A stretch of DNA of 64,000 nt from Alphaproteobacteria bacterium (lineage in GTDB: Bacteria; Pseudomonadota; Alphaproteobacteria; Bin95). This document shows positions 32,697-42,609 of this stretch, one piece after another. Every line of letters begins with the position of its first letter. Positions within the stretch are counted from its first letter, which is position 1. Under the pieces are notes generated by a model. It saw only the letters and a program-made list of their open reading frames with translations. It was not told the DNA's origin and did no database searches. The stretch is from positions 544,001-608,000 of the forward strand of contig OZ219788.1 in NCBI GenBank assembly GCA_964291285.2, read 5' to 3'. A program made the translations under genes and the position numbers.

Positions 32697-32913
32697 GGCC
32701 GGCCCCTCTTTCTCCGGCAATGCGGCGATTGTGGATTTCGCCGCCGGAGCGGTCAATTGCGCGCAGCATAACGGCGCCGCAGAAGGCCGACAGCTCGTGC
32801 CTGCCGGTTGTACTGCACGCCGTCCCGTCGTCGGGAAAGCCGGAGGCCGGTGACGTCAGACCGGCGCTCTTACCGGCACGATGCGTGCCTGGAGAGAGCG
32901 CCGCTGGCGACGG

Positions 32914-33123
32914 CTAGGAGGTGATGGTGAGGTCCTCGGCCGCGGACTTGCCGTTGCGTCCGGGCCTGAGCTCGTAGCTGACCTTCTGCCCTTCGTTGAG
33001 CGTGGAGAGCCCGGCCCTCTCGACGGCCGAGATGTGGACGAAGGCGTCGCTCGAGCCGTCTTCCGGCTCGATGAACCCGTAACCCTTGGTAGCGTTGAAC
33101 CACTTGACGGTGCCGGTAGGCAT
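32914..33123 (-). CDS. cold-shock protein
   Basis: GTVKWFNATKGYGFI, AFVHISA. Confidence 0.95.
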   Translation of the reverse strand: MPTGTVKWFNATKGYGFIEPEDGSSDAFVHISAVERAGLSTLNEGQKVSYELRPGRNGKSAAEDLTITS

Positions 33124-33307
33124 GTTCGATTTCTCCAGACGGTGGAATTTCGCGCGTCGCGGCGCGCGACAAGGTTGTTGGTTGACGTCCGCATTGTTGG
33201 GGGGATGCCGGTCGGACCGGCGAACCGGTCTGCGGAGAGCACCGGACGAATGCAGCGTGCCGGTGCGGTGTGCCGCCTCCGGGCCGCAAAGTCAAGCCGT
33301 CCGCGCG

Positions 33308-34339
33308 CTATCTCCCGGCGCGCATCCCGCCGAGCGCCGCTTCCACGTCGAAGGACGGGGTGCGTCCTTCCTGGGGCTCTATGCCTTCGGGCGCTATTTC
33401 GGGCACGGTCGGGCGCATGTCCGCGTTCCTGAGCCATAGCCTGAGCAGGTGGCGGCGCCGCTCCGGCTCCTCCCAGTCCTCGAAGGCCGTGCGGGCGTGC
33501 AGGTGGGTGAAATTGTTGAACCAGAGGATCTCGCCCGGCTCCAGCGTGAACCGCAATTGCAGCGCGTCGCTGTTCGCCGCCGCCAGGAAGGCCTCGACGG
33601 CCTCTTCCGCGAACCCGCCGAGCGGCTCCCCTTTCGCCTCCTGGCCGAGAACGGCGTAGGTCCGGACCCAGCGGCAGCTGACCTTGCCGTCCGCGGACGA
33701 ATAGACCGGCACCTTCCAGGGCGTGACCGGGTCCTCGCCGGGCGCCTCCTCGCCGCGCCGGTGCATGTAGAAGCCCTCATAGAGCCGTTCCAGATAGTCC
33801 GGCCGCTCCGCGAGCAGCCGGTTGTGCACGGCGAGCGCGCTGGTCAGGTGCGACACGCCGCCCCTCCTCGCCGCGCGGAGGCTGAACAGGCCGACGACAT
33901 GCGCGCGGTCCGTGTGGGGGTCCAGTTCCCTGCGGTTGCGGTAGGCGCGCGCGTGGGGGTCCTCGCGCGTCACGTCCCGGACATGGCCCAGCCGGTCGCC
34001 GAGCACGCTCTGCGACATGCCGGTCCCGAGCCGCGTGCCCATCGCCCAGTAGACCCGCTCCGCATCCTCCTGGCGCCAGCGCTCGACCGGCAGCCCCGCC
34101 ATCACCGCGAAGCCGCGCCCGTCTCGCAGTTCGTCGTACAGACCGGCCAGCCGGGCCCCGACCAGCGGGCAGCGGAAATCCTCGCGGCCGATATCGTCGA
34201 GCGTCCTGCCCTCGCGGTCCATCTCCCGGATGAAGCCGTCAAGCTCGTCGATCTCGGCCGCCGTCAGCCGGACCGTATAGTCCTCCGGGCCGGCGAAATC
34301 CCCGACGGTCCAGAAAGCGCCTTCGTCAACCGCCTGCAT
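33308..34339 (-). CDS. TauD/TfdA-family 2-oxoglutarate dioxygenase
   Basis: HTD motif, HARTAF, RHLLRLWL. Confidence 0.88.
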   Translation of the reverse strand: MQAVDEGAFWTVGDFAGPEDYTVRLTAAEIDELDGFIREMDREGRTLDDIGREDFRCPLVGARLAGLYDELRDGRGFAVMAGLPVERWRQEDAERVYWAMGTRLGTGMSQSVLGDRLGHVRDVTREDPHARAYRNRRELDPHTDRAHVVGLFSLRAARRGGVSHLTSALAVHNRLLAERPDYLERLYEGFYMHRRGEEAPGEDPVTPWKVPVYSSADGKVSCRWVRTYAVLGQEAKGEPLGGFAEEAVEAFLAAANSDALQLRFTLEPGEILWFNNFTHLHARTAFEDWEEPERRRHLLRLWLRNADMRPTVPEIAPEGIEPQEGRTPSFDVEAALGGMRAGR

Positions 34340-34476
34340 CGCGTCCCTCCCGCAAGGTTTCCCGCGCGTCGCAGCATCGCCGCCGGTCCGCCTGCCGGCA
34401 TATTGGCCATGCCGAACGCGGCGGGGTCAAGCACCGGCCCGGAAAGCGGCAGCGGTTTGTGCGCGCACTCGGGAAG

Positions 34477-34501
34477 GTGTATGATTTCGAAAATCATGCA
34501 C
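34477..34501. promoter_or_regulatory. inverted repeat, probable VapB operator
   Basis: GTGTATGATTT-cga-AAATCATGCAC (10/11 arm match) just upstream of vapB. Confidence 0.6.
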
Positions 34502-34514
34502 ATGGGACGCGGCG

Positions 34515-34709
34515 ATGCGCACCAATATCGACATCGATGACGCCCTGATGGCGGAGGTCATGGAAGCGGGCGGCTTCAAGACCAAGAAGGCCGCGGTCGA
34601 GGAGAGTTTGCGCCTGTTTGCGCGCACGCTGTCGCAGGGGCGCCTGCGCGCGCTCCACGGCAAGCTGGACTGGGAAGGCTCCCTCGACGACATGCGGCGC
34701 GACCGGTGA
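34515..34709 (+). CDS. vapB: VapB antitoxin
   Basis: MRTNIDIDDALM...TKKAAVEESL...WEGSLDDMR; GTGA overlap with vapC. Confidence 0.9.
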   Translation: MRTNIDIDDALMAEVMEAGGFKTKKAAVEESLRLFARTLSQGRLRALHGKLDWEGSLDDMRRDR

Positions 34710-35095
34710 TCGTCGTCGATTCCTCGGTCTGGATCGACTATTTCAGGGGCGTCGATACGCGCGAGGCGATGCTGCTGCACAGCCTGCTCGGCAGGGAACC
34801 GGTCGTCATCGGCGATCTGGTCCTTGCGGAGGTTCTGCAGGGTTTCCGGCGCGAACGCGATCTCCGCCGGGCCGAGGCGGCGTTGCAGACGCTGATCTTC
34901 GAGCCGATGGTCGGCCGCGCCGTCGCAATGGCGAGTGCGCGCAACTATCGCGCCTTGCGGGCCGTCGGCGTCACGGTGCGCAAGACCATCGACGTGCTGA
35001 TCGCCACGTTCTGCATGGAGAACGGCCACGCGCTGCTTCACGCGGACCGCGATTTCGATCCGCTGGAGCGTCATCTCGGATTGCAGACCCTCTGA
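34706..35095 (+). CDS. vapC: VapC PIN-domain toxin
   Basis: VDSSVWID, EVLQG, RKTIDVLIA, HADRDF. Confidence 0.92.
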   Translation: MIVVDSSVWIDYFRGVDTREAMLLHSLLGREPVVIGDLVLAEVLQGFRRERDLRRAEAALQTLIFEPMVGRAVAMASARNYRALRAVGVTVRKTIDVLIATFCMENGHALLHADRDFDPLERHLGLQTL

Positions 35096-35104
35096 GGCGC
35101 CGCC

Positions 35105-35920
35105 ATGCGCAGCGACGTTGCCGAGCTTCGCGCCTTCTACGACGGCCCGCTGGGGCAGGCGGCGGGGCTCGTGCTGGCGGAGCGGGTGCGGCGGCGCTGG
35201 CCGGCGCTCGGCGGGATGCAGGTGCTGGGGCTCGGCTATGCGCCGCCGCTGCTGGACGGGCTCGGCGGCGGCGCGGCGCCCGCGCTGGCGGCGATGCCGG
35301 CGGGACAGGGCGCGCTGCGCTGGCCGGCGGAGGGCCGCTGCCGGACGGTGCTGACGGAGGAGGACGCGCTGCCCTTTCCCGACCTCGCCTTCGACCGGGT
35401 GCTGCTCGCCCACGATGTCGAGACCTCGGACCATCTGGCGGGGCGGCTGCGCGAGATCTGGCGCATCCTGGCGGCGGAGGGCCGGCTGATGGTCATCGCG
35501 CCGAGCCGCCGCGGCCTCTGGGCGCGGTTCGAGCACACGCCCTTCGGCCACGGCCGGCCCTGGTCGCGCTCGCAACTGGAGCGGCTGCTGCGCGGAGCGA
35601 TGTTCGAGCCGCTCGGCAGCGAGGAGGCGCTGTTCGCCCCGCCGCTCCGCCGGCTGGTGCGGCCCGGCGCGGCGGAGGCCTGGGAGCGCTTCGGGCGGCG
35701 CTGCCTGCCGGTGTTCGGCGGGGTGGTGATCGCCGAGGCGGCGAAGCGGCTGGCCGGCGTGACGCCGGTGCCTGCGAGGGCCCGGCGGCGCCTCCTGCAG
35801 GGCGTGCTTACGCCGCAGCCGAGCGGCGCTCCTCGCTGCGGGCCGCCTCCCAGCCGATCAGCGCCGCCTTGCGGGCCAGCCCCCACTCGTAATTGTGGAG
35901 ATAGCCGTTCGCCAGGATGA
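35105..35920 (+). CDS. SAM-dependent methyltransferase-domain protein
   Basis: LGLGYA, LPFPD, TPFGHGRPWS; 3' end overlaps ada, so the end is uncertain. Confidence 0.82.
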   Translation: MRSDVAELRAFYDGPLGQAAGLVLAERVRRRWPALGGMQVLGLGYAPPLLDGLGGGAAPALAAMPAGQGALRWPAEGRCRTVLTEEDALPFPDLAFDRVLLAHDVETSDHLAGRLREIWRILAAEGRLMVIAPSRRGLWARFEHTPFGHGRPWSRSQLERLLRGAMFEPLGSEEALFAPPLRRLVRPGAAEAWERFGRRCLPVFGGVVIAEAAKRLAGVTPVPARARRRLLQGVLTPQPSGAPRCGPPPSRSAPPCGPAPTRNCGDSRSPG

Positions 35921-36659
35921 CCCGGTGGCAGGGCACCAGCCAGGAGACCGGGTTGCGCCCGATGGCGGCGCCGACCGCCCGCGCCGCGCGCGGCGCGCCG
36001 ACCGCCGCCGCCACATCGCCATAGGTGGCGAGCGCGCCCGGCGGAATCCGCAGCAGGGCGTCCCAGACGCGGATCTGGAAATTGGTGCCGTGCAGGCAGA
36101 GCGGCAGCGCCGGCGCGCCGGCCTTCGGCTCGAATATGCGCCCGGCGAGCGCAGCAGTCTCGTCCGGCGCCTCCATGAAGGCCGCAGCCGGCCAGCGCCG
36201 GCGCATGTTCTCCAGCCCCGCGCGCTCTTCCCCCTCGGCGGCGAAGGCAAGCCCGCAAACGCCCCGGTCGGTCGCCATCAGCAGGCAGCGGCCGAAGGGC
36301 GAGTCGTGGATGCCGTAGCGGATGGCGAGCCCCGCCCCGCGCCGCTTGTAGTCGCCGGGGGTGACGGCCTCGTGGGTGACGAACAGGTCGTGCAGCCGGC
36401 CGGGGCCGGAAAGGCCGGCGTCCCAGGAGGCCTCCAGCACGCTGGCGTTCTCGGCCAGGCTGGCCTTGGCGCGCTCCAGGGTCAGATATTGCAGGAACCT
36501 GGTCGGGCTGATGCCGACCCAGCGGCGGAAGGTGCGCTGGAAATGGTGCGGGCTCATGCAGGCGGCGGCGGCCATCTCGTCGAGGCCCGGCTGGTCGGCC
36601 TGGTTCTCGGCGATCATGGCGAGCGCGGCTTCGATGCGGGAATAGAGGCTCATGGACAT
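35808..36659 (-). CDS. ada: AraC-HTH / methylated-DNA-protein-cysteine methyltransferase (Ada-like)
   Basis: HFQRTFRRWVGISP, GTNFQIRVW, active-site PCHRV. Confidence 0.9.
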   Translation of the reverse strand: MSMSLYSRIEAALAMIAENQADQPGLDEMAAAACMSPHHFQRTFRRWVGISPTRFLQYLTLERAKASLAENASVLEASWDAGLSGPGRLHDLFVTHEAVTPGDYKRRGAGLAIRYGIHDSPFGRCLLMATDRGVCGLAFAAEGEERAGLENMRRRWPAAAFMEAPDETAALAGRIFEPKAGAPALPLCLHGTNFQIRVWDALLRIPPGALATYGDVAAAVGAPRAARAVGAAIGRNPVSWLVPCHRVILANGYLHNYEWGLARKAALIGWEAARSEERRSAAA

Positions 36660-36759
36660 GGGGCCGGGGTCTCCTTGCCGGGTCATGGGGCCGAAGCTAG
36701 GATCGGCCCGGCGCCTCCGCCACCCGATGCTTGCGCTTTTTCGCCGGGAGAGACAAGCC

Positions 36760-37647
36760 ATGCGCCTTACCCTGCTCGGCACCGGCACGCCCGCGCCCTC
36801 GCTCAGGCGCATGGGTTCCGGCTATCTGGTCGAGACCGGCGGCGACACTATCGTGCTCGACCACGGGCCGGGGGCGCACCACCGGCTGCTGGAGGCCGGC
36901 AGGCGGGCGGTCGACGTCACCCACTGCTTCCTCACCCACCTGCATTACGACCACTGCATGGACTATGCGCGCCTGGTGATGAACCGCTGGGACCAGGGCG
37001 CGGGCAAACTGGCGGAACTGCAGGTGTTCGGCCCGCCGCCGACCGCGCGCATGACCGATCTCCTGTTCTCGCCGGAGGGGGTTTACGGCCCCGACATCGA
37101 GGCGCGCACCCGCCACCGCTGCAGCCTCGACGTCTACGAAGCGCGCGGCGGCGCCGGCGCGCGCGCCCGGCCGGACCCGCAGGTGCGCGAGGTCGGCCCC
37201 GGCGATGTCGTCGAGGGCAGGGACTGGCGCGTGACGGTGGGCGAGGGCTGGCATTTCCAGCCCTACCTGCAATGCCTCGCCTATCGCATCGACGCAGAGG
37301 CCGGCTCGATCTGCTATTCCGGCGACAGCGGCGGCGTGTGCCCCGGCATCGTGGAGCTGGCGCGGGGCGCGGACGTTCTGGTCCACATGAACCATTTCTT
37401 CACCGGCACCGAGCCCTCGCCGGAATACCGCCGCGCCTGCGGCAACCATATGGACACCGCGCAGGTGGCGGCGGAGGCGGGCGTGGCGACCCTGGTGCTG
37501 ACGCACATCACCAGCCAGATCGACACGCCCGTCATGCGCTCGCGCATCTTGCGCGAGATGTCGCCGGTGTTCGGCGGCGATATCGTGTGGGGCGAGGACC
37601 TGATGGAGGTCCCGGTCCGGCAGGCGGCCCTCGGGCGCATCGACTGA
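36760..37647 (+). CDS. MBL-fold metallo-hydrolase (RNase Z-like)
   Basis: LLGTGTP, THLHYDH, YSGDS, LVLTH. Confidence 0.88.
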   Translation: MRLTLLGTGTPAPSLRRMGSGYLVETGGDTIVLDHGPGAHHRLLEAGRRAVDVTHCFLTHLHYDHCMDYARLVMNRWDQGAGKLAELQVFGPPPTARMTDLLFSPEGVYGPDIEARTRHRCSLDVYEARGGAGARARPDPQVREVGPGDVVEGRDWRVTVGEGWHFQPYLQCLAYRIDAEAGSICYSGDSGGVCPGIVELARGADVLVHMNHFFTGTEPSPEYRRACGNHMDTAQVAAEAGVATLVLTHITSQIDTPVMRSRILREMSPVFGGDIVWGEDLMEVPVRQAALGRID

Positions 37648-37669
37648 CAGGGCGGGGAAGGCGGGCACG

Positions 37670-38725
37670 ATGAACGACATCCATAATGCGGGACCGGCCC
37701 CGGTCCAGACGCCGCAATGCTGGTACGGGCCGGACATGGCGCGCCGGCCGGAGCTCTGGACGCACGAGCTCGCGGCCGGAGAAGTCGCCGAAATCGAGGC
37801 GGCCGTGGCGCGCCTCGACGATGTGCCCGTCCTGGAGATCGCCCGCGCGCCGCTGCCGGGGCTGGAGGAGCGGCTTGCCCGCGTCCGGGAGGAGGCGCTG
37901 CACGGCATCGGCTTCCAGGTGATCCGCGGCCTGCCGGTCGGGCGCTGGACGGTCGGGCGGGCGGCGGCGGCCTTCTGGCTGCTCGGCCTGCACCTGGGCG
38001 AGGCGGTCTCGCAGAACGGCAAGGGCCACGTGCTCGGCCATGTCCGCGACCTCGGCCTCGACTACAGCCTGGCGGAGACGCGCGGCTACCAGACCAGCGC
38101 GCGCCTGCCCTACCACACCGACCAGTCGGACCTCGCCTGCCTGCTCTGCCTGCGCACGGCGCGCGAGGGCGGGCTGTCCTCGCTGGTGAGTTCGGTCACG
38201 GTCTGGAACGAGATGGTCCGCCGCCGGCCGGACCTGGCGGCGGCGCTCTGCCGTCCCGTCGCCCGCACCCGCTGGGGCGAGGTGCCGGCCGGCCGCAGGC
38301 CCTGGGCGGAGGTGCCGGTCTTCCTGCCCTGGCGGGGCAATGTGGTCACGACCTACACGCGCAGCGCGGTCGAGAAGGCGCGGCCGATGCCCGGCCCGCC
38401 GGAGCCCTCGGCGCTCCAGACCGAAGCGATGGACATGATCGACGCGCTCGCCGCCGACCCGGCGCTGCACCTCGACATGGCGCTGGAGGAGGGCGACCTC
38501 CAGATCGTCTCCAACCACCGCATCCTGCATTCGCGCACGGCCTATCTGGACTGGCAGGAGCCGGAGCGCAAACGCCACATGCTGCGCCTCTGGCTCGCCT
38601 GCGCCGACGGGCCGGACCTGCCGCCGCCGATGACGGAGGAATACCAGGAGGCGACGGCATCGGGGCGCCCGAACGGCATCAACGTGCCGGGCGTGCCCTT
38701 TTCCGCGCCGCTCGCCGCGAATTAG
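37670..38725 (+). CDS. TauD/TfdA-family 2-oxoglutarate dioxygenase
   Basis: YHTD, HSRTAY, RHMLRLWL. Confidence 0.88.
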   Translation: MNDIHNAGPAPVQTPQCWYGPDMARRPELWTHELAAGEVAEIEAAVARLDDVPVLEIARAPLPGLEERLARVREEALHGIGFQVIRGLPVGRWTVGRAAAAFWLLGLHLGEAVSQNGKGHVLGHVRDLGLDYSLAETRGYQTSARLPYHTDQSDLACLLCLRTAREGGLSSLVSSVTVWNEMVRRRPDLAAALCRPVARTRWGEVPAGRRPWAEVPVFLPWRGNVVTTYTRSAVEKARPMPGPPEPSALQTEAMDMIDALAADPALHLDMALEEGDLQIVSNHRILHSRTAYLDWQEPERKRHMLRLWLACADGPDLPPPMTEEYQEATASGRPNGINVPGVPFSAPLAAN

Positions 38726-38827
38726 GTTGGGCCCGGCCGGGGCGGGTGCTATGGTCCGCCCCCCGCGCCGGGAGGTTGTCCCGGACGCCCGTCGCCGCGC
38801 CGGACGCGGTATAGGATTGCCCTGCAA

Positions 38828-39301
38828 ATGACCGCGAAGACCGTCAAGTTCCTGCTGTCCGACGGCAGCACGATCCATGTCGAAACCGCCGGCGAGGCGG
38901 AGGAGGCCGAGCAGGCCGCGTCCGGCGGCGTGGAGGTCGTGCCGCGCTTCGAGCGCGCCGCCTCGCGCCTGCAGCCGCTGGCCGGAACCCTGCTGGAGCA
39001 GGTGAAGGCCGCCGAGCCGGGCAAGGTCGCCATCGCGTTCGCGCTCAAGTTCGACGCCGCCGGCGAGCCGGTGGTGGCGGCCGGAGACGAGGGTGCGGCG
39101 TTCCGCATCACGCTCGAATGGCAGCGCGGCGGCCGGCCGGCGGACCGGCAGGGCGACCGCCAGCGGGGCCGTCCCTTCGACGACAGGCGGGGCGGGGGCG
39201 GCTACGACGACCGCCGCGGCGGCTATGACGACCGGCGGGGCCCGCCGAGGGGCGGCGGCCCGAGGCGCCCCGGCTTCCGCAAGGACCGGGACCGGGACTG
39301 A
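38828..39301 (+). CDS. Trypco1/CU044_2847-like domain protein with Arg-Gly-Asp-rich tail
   Basis: DGSTIHVE...P.KVAIAFALKFDA.G..VVA....AAFRITLEW pattern followed by DDRRGG repeats. Confidence 0.65.
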   Translation: MTAKTVKFLLSDGSTIHVETAGEAEEAEQAASGGVEVVPRFERAASRLQPLAGTLLEQVKAAEPGKVAIAFALKFDAAGEPVVAAGDEGAAFRITLEWQRGGRPADRQGDRQRGRPFDDRRGGGGYDDRRGGYDDRRGPPRGGGPRRPGFRKDRDRD

Positions 39302-39307
39302 TCCGCT

Positions 39308-39748
39308 CTACTGGACGCCGGCGGGCTGGCTGAAGCGCCCGACATTGCCGAGTATCTGTTCCAGAATGGTGATCGAATGGCCGGCCGTCGGCGTCTCGCG
39401 GCTGACCAGAACGACCTCGCGGCCGCTCCTGGCGTCCTTGGTCCCGATCTCGGAAAGCAGGCCGCCATCGTCGAAGCGCAGGATGAGGATATGGCGTTCG
39501 ATCAGTTCGGGATCCAGGAACGCCTCGCTCCATGTCGTCTCGCCGATATAGTACCAGGTGTTGTCGTCAAGGGCGGCCATGCTGGAGGGCGATCCGAGCG
39601 CCTGCAGCACCTCATCGCGCGTCGCCGTGCCCGAGGCGAGCTTCCCCACCGCCTGTTTCGGCACCACATAGCCCCGATGGTCGATGGCGGGCGCGCACCC
39701 GGCCAGGACGAGGCCAAGCGCGACAAGCATGGCGGCAATCCGTATCAT
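39308..39748 (-). CDS. bamE: outer-membrane assembly lipoprotein BamE
   Basis: Lipobox LAGC, LGSPS, WYYIG, RETPTAG, LGNVGRF. Confidence 0.9.
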   Translation of the reverse strand: MIRIAAMLVALGLVLAGCAPAIDHRGYVVPKQAVGKLASGTATRDEVLQALGSPSSMAALDDNTWYYIGETTWSEAFLDPELIERHILILRFDDGGLLSEIGTKDARSGREVVLVSRETPTAGHSITILEQILGNVGRFSQPAGVQ

Positions 39749-39783
39749 GGCGACGCTTCCCCGCTCCGGAGTTCCGCTTCTTG

Positions 39784-40347
39784 ATGGCGAGACGAGGCCC
39801 CGCTGTCAATCTCGGCGCGTTGAAACGCCTGATTTTCGGGCGGCAGCCCGCGGATGCGGCATGGACGCTCTACCGCGCTGCCGTCGATGCGGCGCGCCGG
39901 CCGGCGGTCATGCTGGCGCTCGGCGTGCCGGACACGCTGGACGGGCGGTTCGAGCTGGTGACGCTGCATGCGGCGCTGCTGCTGCGGCGCCTGCAGCGCG
40001 CGCCGGCGCTGGCGGGGCTGGGCCAGGGGCTGGTGGACCTGTTCGTCGCCGACATGGACCAGAGCCTGAGGGAAATGGGCGCGGGCGACCTCTCGGTCGG
40101 AAAGAAGGTGAGGCGGATGGCATCGGCCTTTTACGGCCGGCTGGACGCCTACAGCGACGGGCTCGACCGCGGCGGCGACCTCGCCGCGGCGGCCGAGCGC
40201 AACCTTTACGGCACGCTGGAGGCCGCGCCCGGACAGGCGGCGCGCGCGGCCGCCTATATCCGCGCGGTCGAGGCGGCGCTGGCCGCGCAGGAGGACGCCG
40301 CGCTTGCCGCCGGCGAGGTATCTTTCCCGGACGCCCCGCCATGCTGA
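39784..40347 (+). CDS. ubiquinol-cytochrome c chaperone (Cbp3) family protein
   Basis: GVPDTLDGRFE, DMDQSLREMG-GDLSVGK, AFYGR; divergent from bamE. Confidence 0.88.
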   Translation: MARRGPAVNLGALKRLIFGRQPADAAWTLYRAAVDAARRPAVMLALGVPDTLDGRFELVTLHAALLLRRLQRAPALAGLGQGLVDLFVADMDQSLREMGAGDLSVGKKVRRMASAFYGRLDAYSDGLDRGGDLAAAAERNLYGTLEAAPGQAARAAAYIRAVEAALAAQEDAALAAGEVSFPDAPPC

Positions 40348-40850
40348 CCCGCCGGATCGCCCGCCCCGAGGCCGAGGCGCGCATCGAGGCCCGTGCGACG
40401 AAGACGGAATGCCGGGACCTGGCAACGCTTTTCGACCTGCCGGCGGTGCATTCCGTCGAAGCGGTCTTCACCGTCCGGCCGCTGCCGGAGGGCGCGCTCG
40501 AACTGGAAGGCCGGGTGGCGGCCCGGCTCCGGCGGCTCTGCGTGGTGACGGCAGAGCTCTTCGACGAGGACTTCGCCGAGCCGGAGCGGCGGCACTACCT
40601 GCCGGGGCCGGTCGAGGCGGATGCGCGCGAGATCGAGGTCGCCGCGCTGGAGGAGGATGCGCCCGAACCGCTGCCGCCCGACGGCGTCGATCTTCTGGAG
40701 CTGGTCTCGGAGGTGCTGGCGCTCGGCCTCGACCCGCATCCCCGCGCCCCCGGCGCCGACATCGCCGAACTCGACTACGAGCCGGAAGCGGACGAAGAAC
40801 CGACGGGCCCCTTCGCCGGGCTGGCGGCATTGAAGGAACCGGACGAGTGA
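40341..40850 (+). CDS. DUF177/YceD family protein
   Basis: CVVT, LALGLDPHPRAPG, PFAGLAALK. Confidence 0.85.
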   Translation: MLTRRIARPEAEARIEARATKTECRDLATLFDLPAVHSVEAVFTVRPLPEGALELEGRVAARLRRLCVVTAELFDEDFAEPERRHYLPGPVEADAREIEVAALEEDAPEPLPPDGVDLLELVSEVLALGLDPHPRAPGADIAELDYEPEADEEPTGPFAGLAALKEPDE

Positions 40851-40875
40851 GGGCACGGGACGTGGAATCGCTGCG

Positions 40876-42609
40876 ATGCTGACCAAACTCACCGTCCGCA
40901 ATTTCAAGCGCTTCGAGGAAGTCGAGATCGAGCTCGGCAACCGAGTGGTCTTCGTCGGCCCGAACAATTCCGGCAAGACCACGGCAATGCAGGCGCTCGC
41001 GCTCTGGGACGCCGGCTTGAAGCAATGGTTGGCCAAGCGCTCGGGAAAAACGGCGTCGGAGCAGCGTCCGGGCGTCACGGTCAATCGCCGCGACCTGACC
41101 GCCATTCCGGTGCCCAGCGCCAACATGCTCTGGCGCGGACTGCACACCCATCGGGGTTACCGCAGTGAAGACGGGCGAAGTCAAACCGACCCCGTCCGCA
41201 TCGATGTTGCCGTCGAAGGCGTTACCGAAGACGAGCATTGGGTTTGCGGTCTGGAATTCTACTACGCCAACGAGGAGTCCTTCTATTGCCGTCCTTTGCG
41301 GAGGAGCAGCAGAACGCCGAATGACCGGATGCCGGTGCCGGGCCGGGCCGGGTCGGTTCAAATTGCCTTCCTGCCGCCGATGTCCGGCCTCGCTGCAACG
41401 GAGACCAGCCTGCCGTCGGGCGCAGTAAACGTACGAATCGGCGAGGGGCGCACCGCCGAGGTGTTACGGAATCTATGCTCGCGCGTTCTCCGGGAACGCC
41501 CGGAGGCATGGGAGCGATTGGTCGCACAGATACATGACTTGTTCGGGGCCTCGCTCGAAGAACCGCGCCATGTGGAAGAGCGTGGCGAGATCGAGATGGC
41601 CTATGAGGAAAACGGGGTTCGGTTGGACCTCTCTTCCAGCGGGCGGGGTTTGCAGCAGACCTTGTTGATCCTGGCCTATCTCTACGCCAATCCCGGCAAT
41701 ATCCTTCTGCTGGATGAACCGGACGCGCATCTTGAGATCCTGCGTCAACGCGAGATTTACCGACTGCTATCGGAAGCCGCCGAACAGAGCGGTAGCCAGG
41801 TCATCGCCGCAAGCCATTCGGAAGTCCTCCTGAACGAAGCCGCCGAGCGCGACCTCGTTATTGCTTTCGTTGGCAAACCCCATCCGATCGGCGACCAGAC
41901 GAGCCAACTCAGGAAGTCCCTCACCGAGATCGGCTGGGACCAGTATTATCAGGCCGAACATAAGGGCTGGGTTCTGTATCTGGAGGGATCGACCGACCTT
42001 GCAATCCTGCAAAGATTTGCCGAGCGATTGGGCCACTCGGATGCGGTCGAGGCGCTAGGGCGGCCGTTTGTCCACTATTGCAGCAACCAGCCGAACAGGG
42101 CGTCGAGCCACTTTTACGGTTTGGCCGAAGCGATGCCGGAACTCAAGGGTATTGCGTTGTTCGACAGGTTGGAAACCAGGCAACGCGGAGATGGCGGTCT
42201 CCCGATAACCTGCTGGAGGAGGCGGGAAATCGAAAATTATCTTTGCACTCAAGCGACCTTGGAGACTTGGGCAGCCGTCTCCGCGCCCGAGGGGCAGATA
42301 GGACCGCTCTTCGTCGAGGCGCAGGCAGAGAAGCGGGTGCAAGCGATGCGCGAGGCGATTGTGGAAGTCTCCGCCGCTATGGCGACGCTGGGCAAGGGCA
42401 CTCCCTGGGATGCGGATACGAAAGTCAGCGACGATTTTCTCACGCCGCTGTTCGAAAGTTATTTCCGGAAACTGAACCTGCCCAACCTCATGCAGAAGAA
42501 GAATTTCCACGAGCTTGCCGACCATGTTCCCGACGGCGAGATCGATTCGGAAATCCGGGAGAAGCTGGACGCCATCGTTCAGGTGGCGGAAGGCGCCGAG
42601 CGAGCATGA
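40876..42609 (+). CDS. ABC-type ATPase fused to a TOPRIM-like domain (OLD-like nuclease)
   Basis: Walker A GPNNSGKT, signature SSSGRGLQQ, Walker B LLLDEPDAHL, H-loop ASHS, then YLEGSTD and REIENYL. Confidence 0.78.
   Translation: MLTKLTVRNFKRFEEVEIELGNRVVFVGPNNSGKTTAMQALALWDAGLKQWLAKRSGKTASEQRPGVTVNRRDLTAIPVPSANMLWRGLHTHRGYRSEDGRSQTDPVRIDVAVEGVTEDEHWVCGLEFYYANEESFYCRPLRRSSRTPNDRMPVPGRAGSVQIAFLPPMSGLAATETSLPSGAVNVRIGEGRTAEVLRNLCSRVLRERPEAWERLVAQIHDLFGASLEEPRHVEERGEIEMAYEENGVRLDLSSSGRGLQQTLLILAYLYANPGNILLLDEPDAHLEILRQREIYRLLSEAAEQSGSQVIAASHSEVLLNEAAERDLVIAFVGKPHPIGDQTSQLRKSLTEIGWDQYYQAEHKGWVLYLEGSTDLAILQRFAERLGHSDAVEALGRPFVHYCSNQPNRASSHFYGLAEAMPELKGIALFDRLETRQRGDGGLPITCWRRREIENYLCTQATLETWAAVSAPEGQIGPLFVEAQAEKRVQAMREAIVEVSAAMATLGKGTPWDADTKVSDDFLTPLFESYFRKLNLPNLMQKKNFHELADHVPDGEIDSEIREKLDAIVQVAEGAERA

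Noticed and set aside
33308-38725. Two oppositely oriented TauD genes as the ends of an invertible segment
   Set aside because: Similarity is limited to family motifs; these are ordinary diverged paralogs
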